This document shows, piece after piece, positions 1-13,530 of a stretch of 64,000 nucleotides of DNA (position 1 is its first letter; every line of letters begins with the position of its first letter). The notes beneath the pieces were generated by a model. That model searched no databases. It saw only the letters and a program-made list of their open reading frames with translations, and was not told the origin of the DNA. This DNA comes from Macrostomum lignano (Eukaryota). The stretch is from positions 1-64,000 of the forward strand of contig NIVC01000718.1 in the NCBI GenBank assembly GCA_002269645.1, read 5' to 3'. The translations under genes and the position numbers were made by a program.

Positions 1-1237
1 CTTTAGCACACTTTCTTTGAAACGCTTTAGAATCTCTTACTAGTAAAATGAATAATGCTTTAAAGATCTGAGAACAATTTAGCAAAACATGTATTATTGA
101 ACTAGCTTATAACGATTTAATTTGTAATAGCAAGTTGTCTTTTCTCTCCTAAACTTTGCTCCCTTTTTATACTGATTGTGACAAGTATATTTAAATACAA
201 AAGGCTATTATTGGAAAATATTTAGAAAAGTAAAACAACATATAAATTGTTATGCGTATATTTGAATAAAAGCTTTTCTAGGAAACCCTACCACACAACA
301 AATGGTTTCCTTTTTTACTAAAAGTGACATGTTTATCACAAGCAATTTGTCATCTAAAAATGTTTTTTACCAAAAAATTTGTCACTACAATAACTTGTTG
401 TAGGCCTAAAAATGGCTTATACCAATCTGATTGAATTTTAGACTTAGTTGATAGGCCTAACCTAATGATGTTTAAATATAAAATTATCAAAAGTTTTTGT
501 TTTGCAAATCAAGCTTAAGCTTTTTAGTTATGAATTGAATTGGACTTATTATTAGGGCCAATATAGTAGTCACAAAAATAGTCACTGTAGTTATAGTTAG
601 GCCCTAATAATTAAAGAAAAAAGTAGCTTAAATAGTTTATAAACATAGCCTTAATGACAAAGATATAAAATGTAAACTAAAATAGATTTTTACAATGGGA
701 TTTTTTTAATTAAAGGCCTATGGCTGTATAATTTTTTAATTTGCAAGATTTTTAAGCAGTGATAAGAAGCTATTTAGGCTTCTATATTGAATTATACCTT
801 TAGTATTTTTAGCTAGTTCAAATCAATAAAATGGCTAAGGGTTCAAATTATATAATTTCATTTTAAATAAGTAAAAATAGTGAATGGCATTAAATGGCAT
901 TTTCTCAAAGATACTAAGATTCTTATATGCAATGTTTTATAGTATTGTATGCTAAGTGCACTATTGTATAAAAAGATCCTAGGTGGTATTCATATATCTG
1001 TATGAATATAATAAGGAGTACAATAAGATTTTTGGCATGACTACAAATTCCCATATATAGTATTGCCAATGCTATGTTACAATTGATTCTCAAGCCTTAG
1101 TTATCTATTTGACTTTCTTTTTGGTCTATTTCCCTTCATGGTCTACTAGTGTATATAATATAAATATGCTTTTACTTATTATAGTATACAAGGCAAAAAT
1201 GTTAAATATATATAATGTATACTTAAGACTAGCTACA

Positions 1238-1410
1238 ATTTGACTGTGGATAGTTAGACTACCAAAAAATGATTGCAATCAAATGACTGCCAACAATTTG
1301 ACTGCAATAAATTTGATTGCAGACAATTTAACTGCCAACAAAATTACTATGGCAATTTGACTACTAGCAAGATGACTGCCAGCAAAGTGACTGCCAAAAA
1401 TGACTGCCTA
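1238..1410. repeat. Degenerate short tandem repeat (aatttgactgcc-like core)
   Basis: About 10 diverged copies of (a)atttgactgc / atgactgcc. Confidence 0.6.
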
Positions 1411-2281
1411 AAATCATTCCAGACTTTTTTCATGATCATATCTGTATAAGGCTAACAAGGCTTTTTATATAAGCAAAAATGCAAGCTACATTTGGCTTCC
1501 AACAATATGTGCATGTATATATCTACTAATATTAAAATGGATCCTCCACACGTAGCTATGTTGAATAAATGTTATTTATAGAGCTACCCACATGCTAGCA
1601 AATAACTAACTTTAGCTTTGGCTAGGCCTAGTAAAGTTATTCTGATAGGAAAGGTATGTGGCATTTTTTTCAAATATGAGATTAATATCACATGGGAAAA
1701 AGAAAGCATTCATTGAACAAAACTATATATGGAAGATCTGTTTGAACATTAGTAGCAATCTTGCCATGGAGTAAGCCTTGAGATCTTAGCAACTTCCCCC
1801 AATAAGCCTCAAAATTGCAGCAATTGTCCCCATAAACACTAACATCCAAAGATATAAAAAAATTTAAATGACACTTCTTGTATGCTTGACTTCACACTTC
1901 CTTTATATTTGACATGATGCTTCTGTTATATATTAGATGACATTTCTTTTATGTGTTACCTTATGCTACTTTTATGTTTGAAGTTTATTTTATGTTTTAC
2001 ATGATGGCTTTTATGTTTGACATGACTTTGTTTCTCTTATCATTTTGGTACTCACTACTCAGTCAAAAAGCTAAGAATGATAAAATAGATTGATACAATT
2101 AATGGGCCAAGCTGTGCCATTGTTATGATTATCAAGCTTATTTAAGCCAGTCTGTTTTGTTATTTAACAACACATCTAGGTTTCATGCTTTTCTAAAAAA
2201 TTGGCCCTTATACAGTTTTAACTGAAATTAAAAAACAACAATTTAATGCCAGCCAATTAAATTGGTCGCCAAAAACCAGAC

Positions 2282-5200
2282 ATGAAAACCCGATGCGCCA
2301 GTCGGGCTCAGAAAGTCAAACGGCAACCTCGCAGCAACAATGGCAGAGTTAGCAAGGCTAATAGGCAACAGATGCGACTTAGTCGAATTGATTTATCACC
2401 AGAAACAACACTGGCTCTGAGCTCTGTAGCTGTCATTCAGAAGCAGATTTGTCCTCAAGTAAACCAACAACAGTCGCAGCAACAGGACCAGCAGGCTCAT
2501 TTAGTAGAAGCTTTAGATAGCACTCTTGCTGTTAGCCATGTAGAATCCCTTGGCGGGAACAAAAGGCAATCTAAAAGACGCGGTCAGACAGGCTTGACTG
2601 ATTCTCCAAACAGTACGGTTAACTGTCCGACTTTAAGCAGTTCCTTACTGCGTAGCCCGCCATCACTTCTCGACCTTCTGCTGCTGCTGCTGCTGCCACC
2701 AAGCAGAATGCTGTCCGAGTTGTTAAGCGTCGTCACCGTCGTAAAATATCTTCTGTAAGCTTTGCAGACAGTAGCAATGCTACCGCTGGGACAGATGATA
2801 AAGAGAATGAAAGGGTAGCAGCCGCAGCTGATGTCAAGCAGTCCCCTACTGTCGTTAACAAATCAAAATCTGCTAAAACGTTGGTAGCCTCGTCTGCGAC
2901 CACTGTCTCTACAGCTGTAGGCTCCACGGAAAGTCAGATTAATCGAGCTCCGCCAAATCTTAGTTTATCTTCGATTGCTTGCGACAGTGAAGCAACGGCG
3001 TATGGAAATTTTGCAATGTCCACTATGGTTTACCAACGAGGTCGCAGTCGGGATCGCGCCAGGCCGGCTGAGAAATTATCGTTGCCAACGAGTGGACAAA
3101 CTAAGACTAATAAGAGTCATGAAAGGAATAGCAACCTCCTAGCCTCTCTAAGTCCCAAGCAGGACGCCGAACCCGATGCTAGACACTCTAGAAGTGGACA
3201 ACGAACTAAAAAACGATTGGACGGCAAAAGTAAAGCGACGCTATTGTTAGATTCAATAGCTATGCAGAGTAGCGGTGTAAGCGAATGTGTCAGCATGTCT
3301 GATGATATTCACCAGCCAGATGATGCTGCTAGCTGCACTAACATAGATTCAACAATCAAAGCGGATGCATTAGCTCAAAAGCAACCATCGATGGCATCGG
3401 TTGCCGGTTGCGAATCCGCTATAGCCAGTCTAAATCTGTCAGCTAGCATCGATAAATCGCTTGAGCCGCGCGCAATTATTGCCGCATCTGGCGCTCCATC
3501 AGCTCCGGCCCAGGGTGGCAGCCGCAGCTGCTGTCAATTCGATCGCAGCAGAGAACGCAGTAGAAAACTGGCTGCAGCAAGGAATAGCCTATTGAAAAGT
3601 TGCTTACTTCGCAACAGCTGTCGGTCAGCTGATCGGGGCTTGACTAATCAGTCTGTGGAATCGACGAATAAAAGTGTTAGCTGTAAAGAGCAGCTTAGTT
3701 CATCGTCTGTAGTAAAAAATCTCACTGATCTGTCAACTTCTCAGAAGTCTCAAAACCGAAAGTTTGCCGATGGACAGTCGATAGAGGAGTTAATTGCGTC
3801 TTCAACTAGTCAGAGTTGTAAACCGAGAGCCGTTTCTCTGTCTGATTCGCAAGCCAATGTAGAAAGCGCCTCAGTCGTTAAACAAAAAGCAGATTCGGTT
3901 AGGTCCTATAGCAGTGCTCACTACTCTGGTTTGTCGACTAACTCAGCTGATGCTCTAGGCGTCAGTATTTATGTCAGCCAAGATGATTCATTTAGTCAAT
4001 CCAGTAGCAATGACAGCGATTTAACGTCGGATGATTCAAAATCGTCTACTACTACTGGTGAATCAGTAGTAGTAGCTGGCGAGTGTACTGATAAAACTGC
4101 GTCAAAGAGCTATGATAACTGCCAGGCAAGCACACCTAGTCGAGCTAATGTCGCCGTCAGTCTTGCTTGTGCCACTTCTGAGCTCTGCGATGATGAAGTC
4201 CAGCTTCAACCGGTTGCGTCTCAGCTATCCAGCAAGTCGCGACCGAGTCTACACCAAGAGAGATCTCGGATATGCGATGCAAGTCAACTGAGTCTAAAAC
4301 CAGAGAAATCTCAGCTTAGTGAGTCAAGACGATCGAGTCTGCAACCAGACAGATCTCAGCTTGGTGATTCAATTCATCTGAGTCTACAACCAGAGAAATC
4401 TCAGCTTGGAGACTCAAACCGACCGAGTCCGCAACCAGGCAGTTTACAGCTCGGAGACTCAAACCGACTAAGTCTGCAACCAGACAGTTCACAGCTCGGA
4501 GACTCAAACCGACTAAGTCTGCAACCAGACAGTTCACAGCTCGGAGACTCAAACCGACCGAGTCTGCAACCAGACAGATCTCAGCTTAGTGAGTCAAGAC
4601 GACCAAGTCAGCAACCAGAGAGATCTCAGATAAGCTACTCACAACGGCCGAGTCTGCAACGTGACAGATCTCAGCACGAAGATTCTAACCGACTGAGTCT
4701 GCAACCAGAAGAAACTCAACTTAGTGAGTCAAGACGATCGAGTCTGCAACCAGAGAGATCTCAGCATAAAGACTCAAACCGACTAAGTCTTAAACAGGAG
4801 AGTTCTCAAATGTGTGACTCACAACGGCCGGGTCTGCAACCAGACAGATCTCAGTTTTGCGACTCAATTCAACTGAGTCTACAACCAGAGGCATCTCAGC
4901 TTGGTGATTCAATTCAGCTGAGTCTGCAACCAGACAGATCTCAGCTTGGAGACTCAAATCGACTGAATCTGCAACCGAACAGATCTCAGCTCGAAGACTC
5001 AAAGCGACTGAGTCTGAAACAGGAGCGTTCTCAAATGGGTGACTCACAACGGCCGGGTCTGCAGCCAGAGAGATCTCAGATTAGTGAGTCAGGACGACCG
5101 AGTCTGCAACCAGAGAGATCTCAGCTTAATGAGTCAAACCGACCGAGTCTGCAACCAGACAGATCTCAGCTTAGTGAGTCAGGACGACCGAGTCTGCTAC

Positions 5201-7623
5201 CGGTGAGATCTCAGCTTAGTGAGTCAAACCGACCGAGTCTGCAACCAGAGAGATCTCAGCTTAATGAGTCAAACCGACCGAGTCTGCAACCAGAGATATC
5301 TCATCTTGGTGAGTCAAACCGACCGAATCTGCAACCAGAGAGATCTCAGCTTAATGAGTCAGGACGACCGAGTCTGCAACCAAAGAGATCTCAGCTTAGT
5401 GTGTCAAGCCAACCGAGTCTGCTACCGGTGAGATCTCAACACAGCAACTCACTACCACAGAGTCTGCAACCCGAAAGGCTTGAGATGACTAATAAAAGTC
5501 ATAATTCGAACGAATCTCAGCTTGGCTGTGGAAGTCGTCATCTGAAAAGTCGTACGCATGACAGATCGCAGAATCTCGATGCAATCGAACTGAGCCAGCA
5601 ACCCGAAACATCGCAAATCAGTGACTCGACTCGACTGAGCCTGCAACCTGCCAATTCTATCAGACGTAGTCTTTTGCGCAGGAATTCGGCCTCTGAAACG
5701 CTTCAGCTAAAAAATTCCAGGGTTGAAAATCTTGAAGTAGGTTGTTCTCTTGGCCGCAGCATCCATCGCGTAAAGTCTCTAGGCTCAGCAGCGTCACAAC
5801 ATGCTGAATCGATTTGGCAGCAAAGTTCTTCATCTGTAATTGATAAGCTACTTCAGAAACCAGATTATCAATCCAGTGACTCCACATCAAGGATATCCCA
5901 GTCCAGCAATCGCGATAAGATTAAACGCGCTAAATCTTCATTCGTTACATCGTCTGGACTCGATGATAAAACCTTGCCATGTATGCAGCCGGAGTTCACC
6001 ATTATTCAACAGTCAAACACTGAAGCACTGCACAGTCAAACTGGAATTGACAGTCAAAATTTTAAAGCTGATTTGGTTGCCGAGGGAAAAACTGCAGTAA
6101 CTGCAACTCAATTTATCACTGATCAGCCTGCAGGTGTGAAGCTAGAAGATTGTCGAACGTCTTCTCCTGCTAAAATCAACAATGCTGCACAGGTCAGAAG
6201 TAGTCAAGCTGTGAATTTTGCTAATGTTGTTGAAGCCGGTTCTAGCACTTGTTCTGTTGTCCATTCGGTGTCTCAGCATTCGTTGAGTCCGATGCGTTGT
6301 CAGCCAGCTGTAGCGGTGGTGTCAACTTTGCCCGTAGCAACGTCTTGCGACAGTGCGACCACCACTGGGTACGCTTCCGCGTCCTCGGATCCTCACAAAG
6401 TTGCAATGGTTCCTCGTTCGATTATTAGTTCATCTAATCCACGGTCAGTGGAGCTTGTCGAGGAAGGTATCCAGTGCGACGGTGTGTCAAGTTACAAAAG
6501 CCAATCGCAACCAGATTTGCAATCGTCTAATCTCTACGCAACCGAGTGCCTAGTAACTGTCAATGATTCTAGCATTCGTCGACAATACATTGACTCTGTA
6601 CACGCGTCGAATATGTACGCGACAGTGTCGCAGGCTACCATTGACAATAGTTCTATTAGACGCGAATTGTTGCCATCGATTGTTCGTCAGCGTCAGAGAG
6701 CAAGAGCGACAGGTACCAGTCTCACCGTCGCTAAGTCTTATCTGACTGAAACCGAATTCACTGTGGACGATACCGCTATGCGTTGTCAATATTTATCGTC
6801 TTGGCACGAGTCCAACATCTTTCATACAGTGGCACCGGAGGAAACTATGGATCAGTCATCCGTTAGACAGTTATATATTCGATCTGTTGCGCCTCCATCT
6901 CCGATTTTGGATGTTGATGAAGACGAACATCAACTGGATAAAGTAGTTTCCAGACGGGTGTCAGTTCCAGCTCCGTCGCCGTTAGTTTACGATCAACATG
7001 AACCAGATGAAGTACGGACACTTCAAGAGCATCAAGTTGAAGATGTTGCAGAATCTCGACAGGAAATTCAATCTGTCAACCAAGCAACGGAAGCTCTAAG
7101 CTGCAGCGACGCGGACACCCAGACTCAGTCTGACTTGTCTAGTCTAAACAAGGCGGCAGTTTTTGATAATTTTGAAGATCTAGAGAGCGCTAACGAGTTC
7201 AGTGCAACTTCATACTTTTACGATCCGCACGATTTTCTTACTAAAGAAGCCAAAGTAGAGCGCGTCAGTCTGTTGCCAAATCTGCTACCGTTGGATTGCT
7301 TCAATTTTTTCACAGTCGAGCAAGGCCTAACGGAATTCGATATGTCAACGCTTAGACAAGTAAAATTGTTAACTAGCGAAGTTGACGAATATCGTCTAGC
7401 GTCGGCTAGTGAACTGTCGAATGCCACTAATGCTACTGCGGCTGTGAGGCGGAGCAAGCGGATACAGAATAATCCACCTGTGAGACACGTGCCGTCTGAT
7501 TGGGTTCGAGTATTCGGCTATCGGAAGCACCCGATCCGTGTGATGGATAGGGTGCTAGTCGGCTTTCTGGAGCCTAGGGAGCATCAAAGATTGAAACAGC
7601 TATTGAAGAATAAGCAGCACTGA
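2282..7623 (+). CDS. Large intronless low-complexity Ser/Gln-rich protein (~1780 aa if the single frameshift at ~2656 is repaired); function unknown
   Basis: ORF 2282..2758 and the 1580-aa ORF 2881..7623 overlap. The second frame is open from 2656 (after TAG 2653-2655). One extra C in CCC 2656-2658 joins SSSLLRS to PAITSRPSAAAAAATKQ. ATG 2282 follows an in-frame stop at 2258. Basic NLS-like KRRHRRK near the N-terminus; no domain recognised. Confidence 0.7.
4246..5478 (+). repeat. Coding minisatellite: 27 full 45-bp units (consensus SLQPERSQLSESNRP) plus a partial unit
   Basis: Unit starts at 4246 and 5461 are exactly 27x45 nt apart, with substitutions but no indels. Confidence 0.92.
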
Positions 7624-7834
7624 CTAGTATAGATTAGTAGTTCATTCAGTATAAATACGCAATTTGTTGCTATGAAAAATGGTTTCACTAAAACTGTCAA
7701 TATTTTTATACGCCTAATGGCTTTGTAAAAATGATGATTTCTCTTTTTTAATTTAGCGATCCAAGCCAAAAATTGAAATGGTTTCTAAATAGTATGAAGT
7801 AAGTGTGCTTTTGCTGTGTCTGTTTTAACCTTTT

Positions 7835-8600
7835 TCTCTATCTGTCTTTCTGTGTCTGTATTCTGTATTTGTCTGCATGTGTCTGTATTCTGTATTTGTC
7901 TGTCTGTGCCTGTATTCTGTATTTGTCTGTCTGTGTCTGTATTCTGTATTTGTCTGTCTGTGTCTGTCGTCTGTATTTGTCTGTCTGTGTCTGTATTCTG
8001 TATTTGTCTGTGTGTGTCTGTATTCTGTATTTGTCTGTCTGTGTCTGTATTCTGCATTTGTCTGTCTGTGTCTGTATATTCTGTATTTGTCTGTCTGTGT
8101 CTGTAATTGTCTGTCTGTGTCTGTGTCTGTATTCTGCATTTGTCTGTCTGTGTCTGTATTCTGTATTTGTCTGTGTGTGTCTGTATTCTGTATTTGTCTG
8201 TCTGTGTCTGTATTCTGTATTTGTCTGTCTGTGTCTGTCGTCTGTATTTGTCTGTCTGTGTCTGTATTCTGTATTTGTCTGTGTGTGTCTGTATTCTGTA
8301 TTTGTCTGTCTGTGTCTGTATTCTGCATTTGTCTGTCTGTGTCTGTATATTCTGTATTTGTCTGTCTGTGTCTGTAATTGTCTGTCTGTGTCTGTGTCTG
8401 TATTCTGCATTTGTCTGTCTGTGTCTGTATTCTGTATTTGTCTGTGTGTGTCTGTATTCTGTATTTGTCTGTCTGTGTCTGTATTCTGTATTTGTCTGTG
8501 TGTGTCTGTATTCTGTATTTGTCTGTCTGTGTCTGTATTCTGTATTTGTCTGTCTGTGTCTGTATTCTGTATTTGTCTGTCTGTGTCTGTATTCTTTATT
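7835..8600. repeat. 27-bp TCTG-derived minisatellite (ctgtattctgtatttgtctgtctgtgt)
   Basis: Direct inspection; it accounts for all overlapping spurious ORFs at 7785-8721. Confidence 0.95.
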
Positions 8601-9304
8601 TGTCCTGTGCCTAAGAAAAACTCAATTTAACAGCTTAGTCGGTGTACTTTTGCGTTATTTTGCTAAAGCCAGGCTCAATAGTGGTTGTTCACTAAATAAG
8701 CATTTTCAATCAACTTTATAGTCAGTCAGTACTTAACTTGATTTTTGTTTTGACATTTTTAGGTCGCTTTTCTATTTACCAATTTTTCTACTAACAGTAG
8801 CTGAGTAAGCATATGTTTGGGGCTCGGAAAATTACGGCATTTTTTGTTATTTACTTTTTCCTATTTCTATACAACATATTTAAGAGTGCATTTTTACTTA
8901 TCTATATTAATAATAGTAGTAAAGTGCGTATCCTAGCAACTTATAAACTTTTGCACAAGCTCAAAACGATGCACACAGTCTATCACAATGCTACTTGCAA
9001 TAGTTTGTGTAAATATCGTCTCGTTATATCGTTATCATAGTACGCGTCATCAGTGTAAAAACACATTTAAAACTTGACCCGTAATTTCTCGCTGTAAATT
9101 GTATCTCCTATGCTTTAGTGTCTGTCTCTTTTATCAATTAATACATACCAACACTCTGTTAAATTTTGCTTACGTAGATTTTTCTGCTAAAAAATAGTTT
9201 CAAAGTAACTCGTTGTGCAAGCTTGTTGCACTGGCTTTTTGCGGTAAATGGACTTTTGGCTTTTTTATGGCGTGTTGCTTATTTTATTGTTCACTTCTTC
9301 GTTT

Positions 9305-9790
9305 CTGTTTCCCTCCGTTCCTCTCTGGTCTCCTCTCTGGTCCCCTCTGGTCCCCTCTCTGTTCCCCTCTGGTCCCCTCTGTTCCCCTCTGTTCCCCTCT
9401 GTTCCCCTCTCTGGTCCCCTCTCTGTTCCCCTCTGGTCCCCTCTGTTCCCCTCTGGTCCCCTCTGTTCCCCTCTGGTCCCCTCTCTGGTCCCCTCTGGTC
9501 CCCTCTCTGTTCCCCTCTGGTCCCCTCTGTTCCCCTCTCTGGTCCCCTCTGTTCCCCTCTCTGGTCCCCTCTCTGTTCCCCTCTGGTCCCCTCTCTGGTC
9601 CCCTCTGTTCCCCTCTGTTCCCCTCTGTTCCCCTCTCTGTTCCCCTCTCTGTTCCCCTCTGTTCCCCCCTCTGTTCCCCTCTCTGTTCCCCTCTCTGTTC
9701 CCCTCTGTTCCCCTCTGTTCCCCTCTCTGTTCCCCTCTCTGTTCCCCTCTCTGGTCCCCTCTCTGTTCCCCTCTCTGTTCCCCTCTCACT
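9305..9790. repeat. Pyrimidine-rich 10/12-bp tandem repeat (ttcccctctctg / ggtcccctct)
   Basis: Direct inspection. Confidence 0.95.
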
Positions 9791-10582
9791 TCTGTCCGTC
9801 CTATCTCATCCTAGCCTGATATTATTTAAGTATTGTTGGCCCTTAAACACTGCTTGGATCTTCAGTCTTGAAGTGTCGCACCTTTTACAGACTGTAATTA
9901 ACCTACAGTGCTTGTGCGTACAGAACTTTAACTGCAATGCAACGTAATTCGACTCTGCAACTATAGCTGCTAATGTTAATACATATACCGGTATTTCTTA
10001 ACTTTATGGTGGCAATATGCTTATTATATAATAAGCATATTGCCGTAAGATAGATCCGTATAGATCCGTAAACTGCAACAACTAACAACCATCTGTGATT
10101 TATTCAAGCTAGACATATGACTATGCAAATTCTGAATCCGAACTGTTTGCCATAGTAGATTATTATGGAATTATTGATCTGATCATTTAAAAATATCTTT
10201 GTTATCATTATGGACTTGTGCGTGAGAAAGCGATTTTATAGTCATTGTTTTGTGGGGAACTTATATTTATTCGAATAACAAAATCTATATATGCGGATCA
10301 TAGTTATGAATATCCTTTAAAGATGACAATCTCCGATCAGAGTCTATAGACCACGCTCTGAATCCAGACAGACCGCAAAACTTTCGAGTAATGCCAATTG
10401 TCATGCATTTCACGTTTTGGCGCACAATTGATACCCGGGGTGTGTTTAAGCTGTGCGGCCATCTGCCGCATCCTGGATATCTCCTTGAACTCGTCCGCTA
10501 GGCCGGCATCACGCACACTTTATACATGTTAGTTGCTGGGATTGTGCGATATTGGATCCTCTGCAGCAAATTGGCCAACAAG

Positions 10583-11900
10583 TCTCATTCTCTGTCGCTC
10601 TCACATCCTGTCACCCTCGCATTTCATTCACATTCTCATTCACTCACATTCTTACTCACTCTCACATTCTTACTCACTCACATTCTTACTCACTCACATT
10701 CTTACTCACTCACATTCTTACTCACTCATTCTCACTCACTCACATTCTTACTCTCACATTCTTACTCACTCACATTCTTACTCACTCACATTCTTACTCA
10801 CTCACATTCTTACTCACTCACATTCTTACTCTCACATTCTTACAATTACTCACTCACATTCTTACTCACTCACATTCTTACTCACTCATATTCTTACTCA
10901 CTCACATTCTTACTCACTCACATTCTTACTCACTCACATTCTTACTCTCACATTCTTACTCACTCAAATTCTTACTTACTCACATTCTTACTCACTCACA
11001 TTCTTACTCACTCATATTCTTACTCACTCACATTCTTACTCACTCACATTCTTACTCACTCACATTCTTACTCACTCACATTCTTACTCACTCACATTCT
11101 TACTCACTCACATTCTTACTCACTCACATTCTTACTCTCACATTCTTACTCACTCACATTCTTACTCACTCACATTCTTACTCACTCACATTCTTACTCA
11201 CTCACATTCTTACTCTCACATTCTTACTTACTCACATTCTTACTCACTCACATTCTTACTCACTCACATTCTCACTCGCTCACATTCTTACTCACTCACA
11301 TTCTTACTCTCACATTCTTACTCACTCACATTCTTACTCACTCACATTCTCACTCTCACATTCTTACTTACTCACATTCTTACTCACTCACATTCTTACT
11401 CACTCACATTCTCACTCGCTCACATTCTTACTCACTCACATTCTCACTCTCACATTCTTACTCACTCACATTCTTACTCACTCACATTCTCACTCTCACA
11501 TTCTCACTCTCACATTCTTACTCACTCACATTCTCACTCTCACATTCTTACTCACATTCTTACTCACTCACATTCTCACTCTCACATTCTTACTCACATT
11601 CTTACTCACTCACATTCTCACTCTCACATTCTTACTCACTCACATTCTCACTCTCACATTCTTACTCACTCACATTCTCACTCTCACATTCTTACTCACT
11701 CACATTCTCACTCACTCACATTCTTACTCACTCACATTCTTACTCACTCACATTCTCACTCTCACATTCTTACTCACATTCTTACTCACTCACATTCTTA
11801 CTCACTCACATTCTTACTCACTCACATTCTTACTCACTCACATTCTCAATCACTCTCAAATTCTCACTCACTCACATTCCTCGCTCTCACATTCTCTGTC
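10583..11900. repeat. 16-bp minisatellite (cacattcttactcact) with 12-bp variants
   Basis: Direct inspection, ~1.3 kb. Confidence 0.95.
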
Positions 11901-11923
11901 AATCTGTCATTCTCTCAATCTCA

Positions 11924-12154
11924 AGGGCGTCACCGTGGTTTTTTTAGGGGGGAGGGGGGTGGGGTGACGAAGCCAAGAAATGTTACATTAGTTTAAGAAT
12001 TTGTTTTGTTGGCACTCATTTTGGCGCCGCGAGCAGGCGCTCATTTTGGCGCCGCAGGCAGGCGCTCATTTTGGCGCTGCGGGCAAGCGCTCATTTTGGC
12101 ACCGCGGGCAAGCGCTCATTTTGGCGCCGCAAGCAGGCGCTATATTTTGGCGCC
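11924..12154. repeat. agggcgtcacc/G-run head followed by a 25-bp GGCGCC minisatellite (cattttggcgccgcaggcaggcgct, ~5 copies)
   Basis: The unit is a reverse-complement relative of the 21-bp unit at 59678-60335. A similar head sequence is at 59555 and 63991. Confidence 0.75.
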
Positions 12155-12829
12155 CTGAAGCACAATTACCGATTTCCACAACAAAACATTCTCTATTCAC
12201 TGTGCATTTTCTCTCAATCCAAGGATCAGGCATTTCTCATCTTTGTTCCCACAAGCCGCATTTCGGGATTCATCCCTTTTATTTACTCTTTTAAAATACA
12301 GGTTTATAGGAGGTTCCCACCTGCACTGTAATGCCAGCTTGTATGATTATTATGCTAGCATTAAACAGCTGGTCAGGGCCAGCACACAGCTATATAGTTA
12401 GTTTGGTTACTCATTTTGTGGGTTATAAACTATATTATAGCAGATTGTATATAAATTATGAATTCCCTTCAGAAGTCCTCGAGTTGCAGACAACAGGAAA
12501 TCCCACCCACGGAATCGCTTAAGGTCGTTTGAAATCAAAGTAGAAAATCTGTTTTTAAAAGTTGTAAAATATAAGCAACTTTTGCTATAAGATCATAAAT
12601 TTATTGTTTGTCATGCAGTCTTCGAATTTTTCGTATTACAATTCATAAATATCGAAGTTTGTTTACACTTACGATTGTATGCCGTAATACGAGTAGTACT
12701 CTGCTTTTATTTAGCGAGCAACTTTGTCTTGCTGGTTGGTCACAATTGCATTTTGACTTGAACTGCTTCGAGTTGTTAAAAGACGGGTTCTGATATGGGC
12801 AGGAAAGAAGCCTCATGATCCCCAATTTG

Positions 12830-13050
12830 TTGGTGAGGTTACGGACTTAAGGTGAGGCTGACCCAACCAGTTGATGATGATATAAGTGAGTCTGATCCAA
12901 CTAATTGATGAGGTTATGAGTGCGGCTAACCCAAGAAGTTGATGAGGTTGCAAGTGAGACTGACCCAAGGAGTTGATGAGGCAGCAAGTGAGACTGTCCT
13001 ATCCCAACGATGGGTCAGAGAGGAATACTGACCCAGGCAGAGGATGAGAC
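12830..13050. repeat. Degenerate ~35-bp tandem repeat (gttgatgagg...aagtgagactgaccca)
   Basis: About 5-6 diverged copies. Confidence 0.6.
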
Positions 13051-13530
13051 TGAAATGGTGTCTTGTTTGTTACGTGTTCTACTGTTTGCTTCAGCAGCTT
13101 TTCCAATGGCAACTAAATATAATTTCCATTTCATTTACCAGATTATTAAACAATATTTTATTTTGTATTACGCTTGCAATATCTCATATAGGTCATAGGG
13201 TTTGTTGATTTTGGTCAAGGCGATAATAAGAGGCAGGTGCGATAAAACCACAATCTGTGAGAAGCATCACATTAATGCCAGGTGCAATAAACAAATTTCA
13301 CTCACCACCCCAACTGTGAATAGAAGGTGCTAATCTGCCATGCCATATTTTCGAAATAAAAATTAATGACGCTGACAGATAATAATATTTAAGTGCTAAT
13401 TATAGAGTATCATCTCCATGACTGCTCACTGCCGCTAGTGCTTTGCGTCTAAAACTCGCTAAAACAGCTGAGGATAATCATTTGTGGCAGATCTTTTAAC
13501 AGACAATTGTTAAATATTTATGTTTACTTT

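Noticed and set aside
7440-7510. VRRSKRIQNNPP...W as a CENP-C or shugoshin motif
   Set aside because: Only the generic RRSKR matches; spacing to the aromatic residues does not fit either motif.
7785-11996. Long ORFs (up to 487 aa) over the TCTG, CCCCTCT and CACATTCTTACT repeats
   Set aside because: Open in several frames and on both strands only because the repeat units lack stops; the translations are pure repeat.
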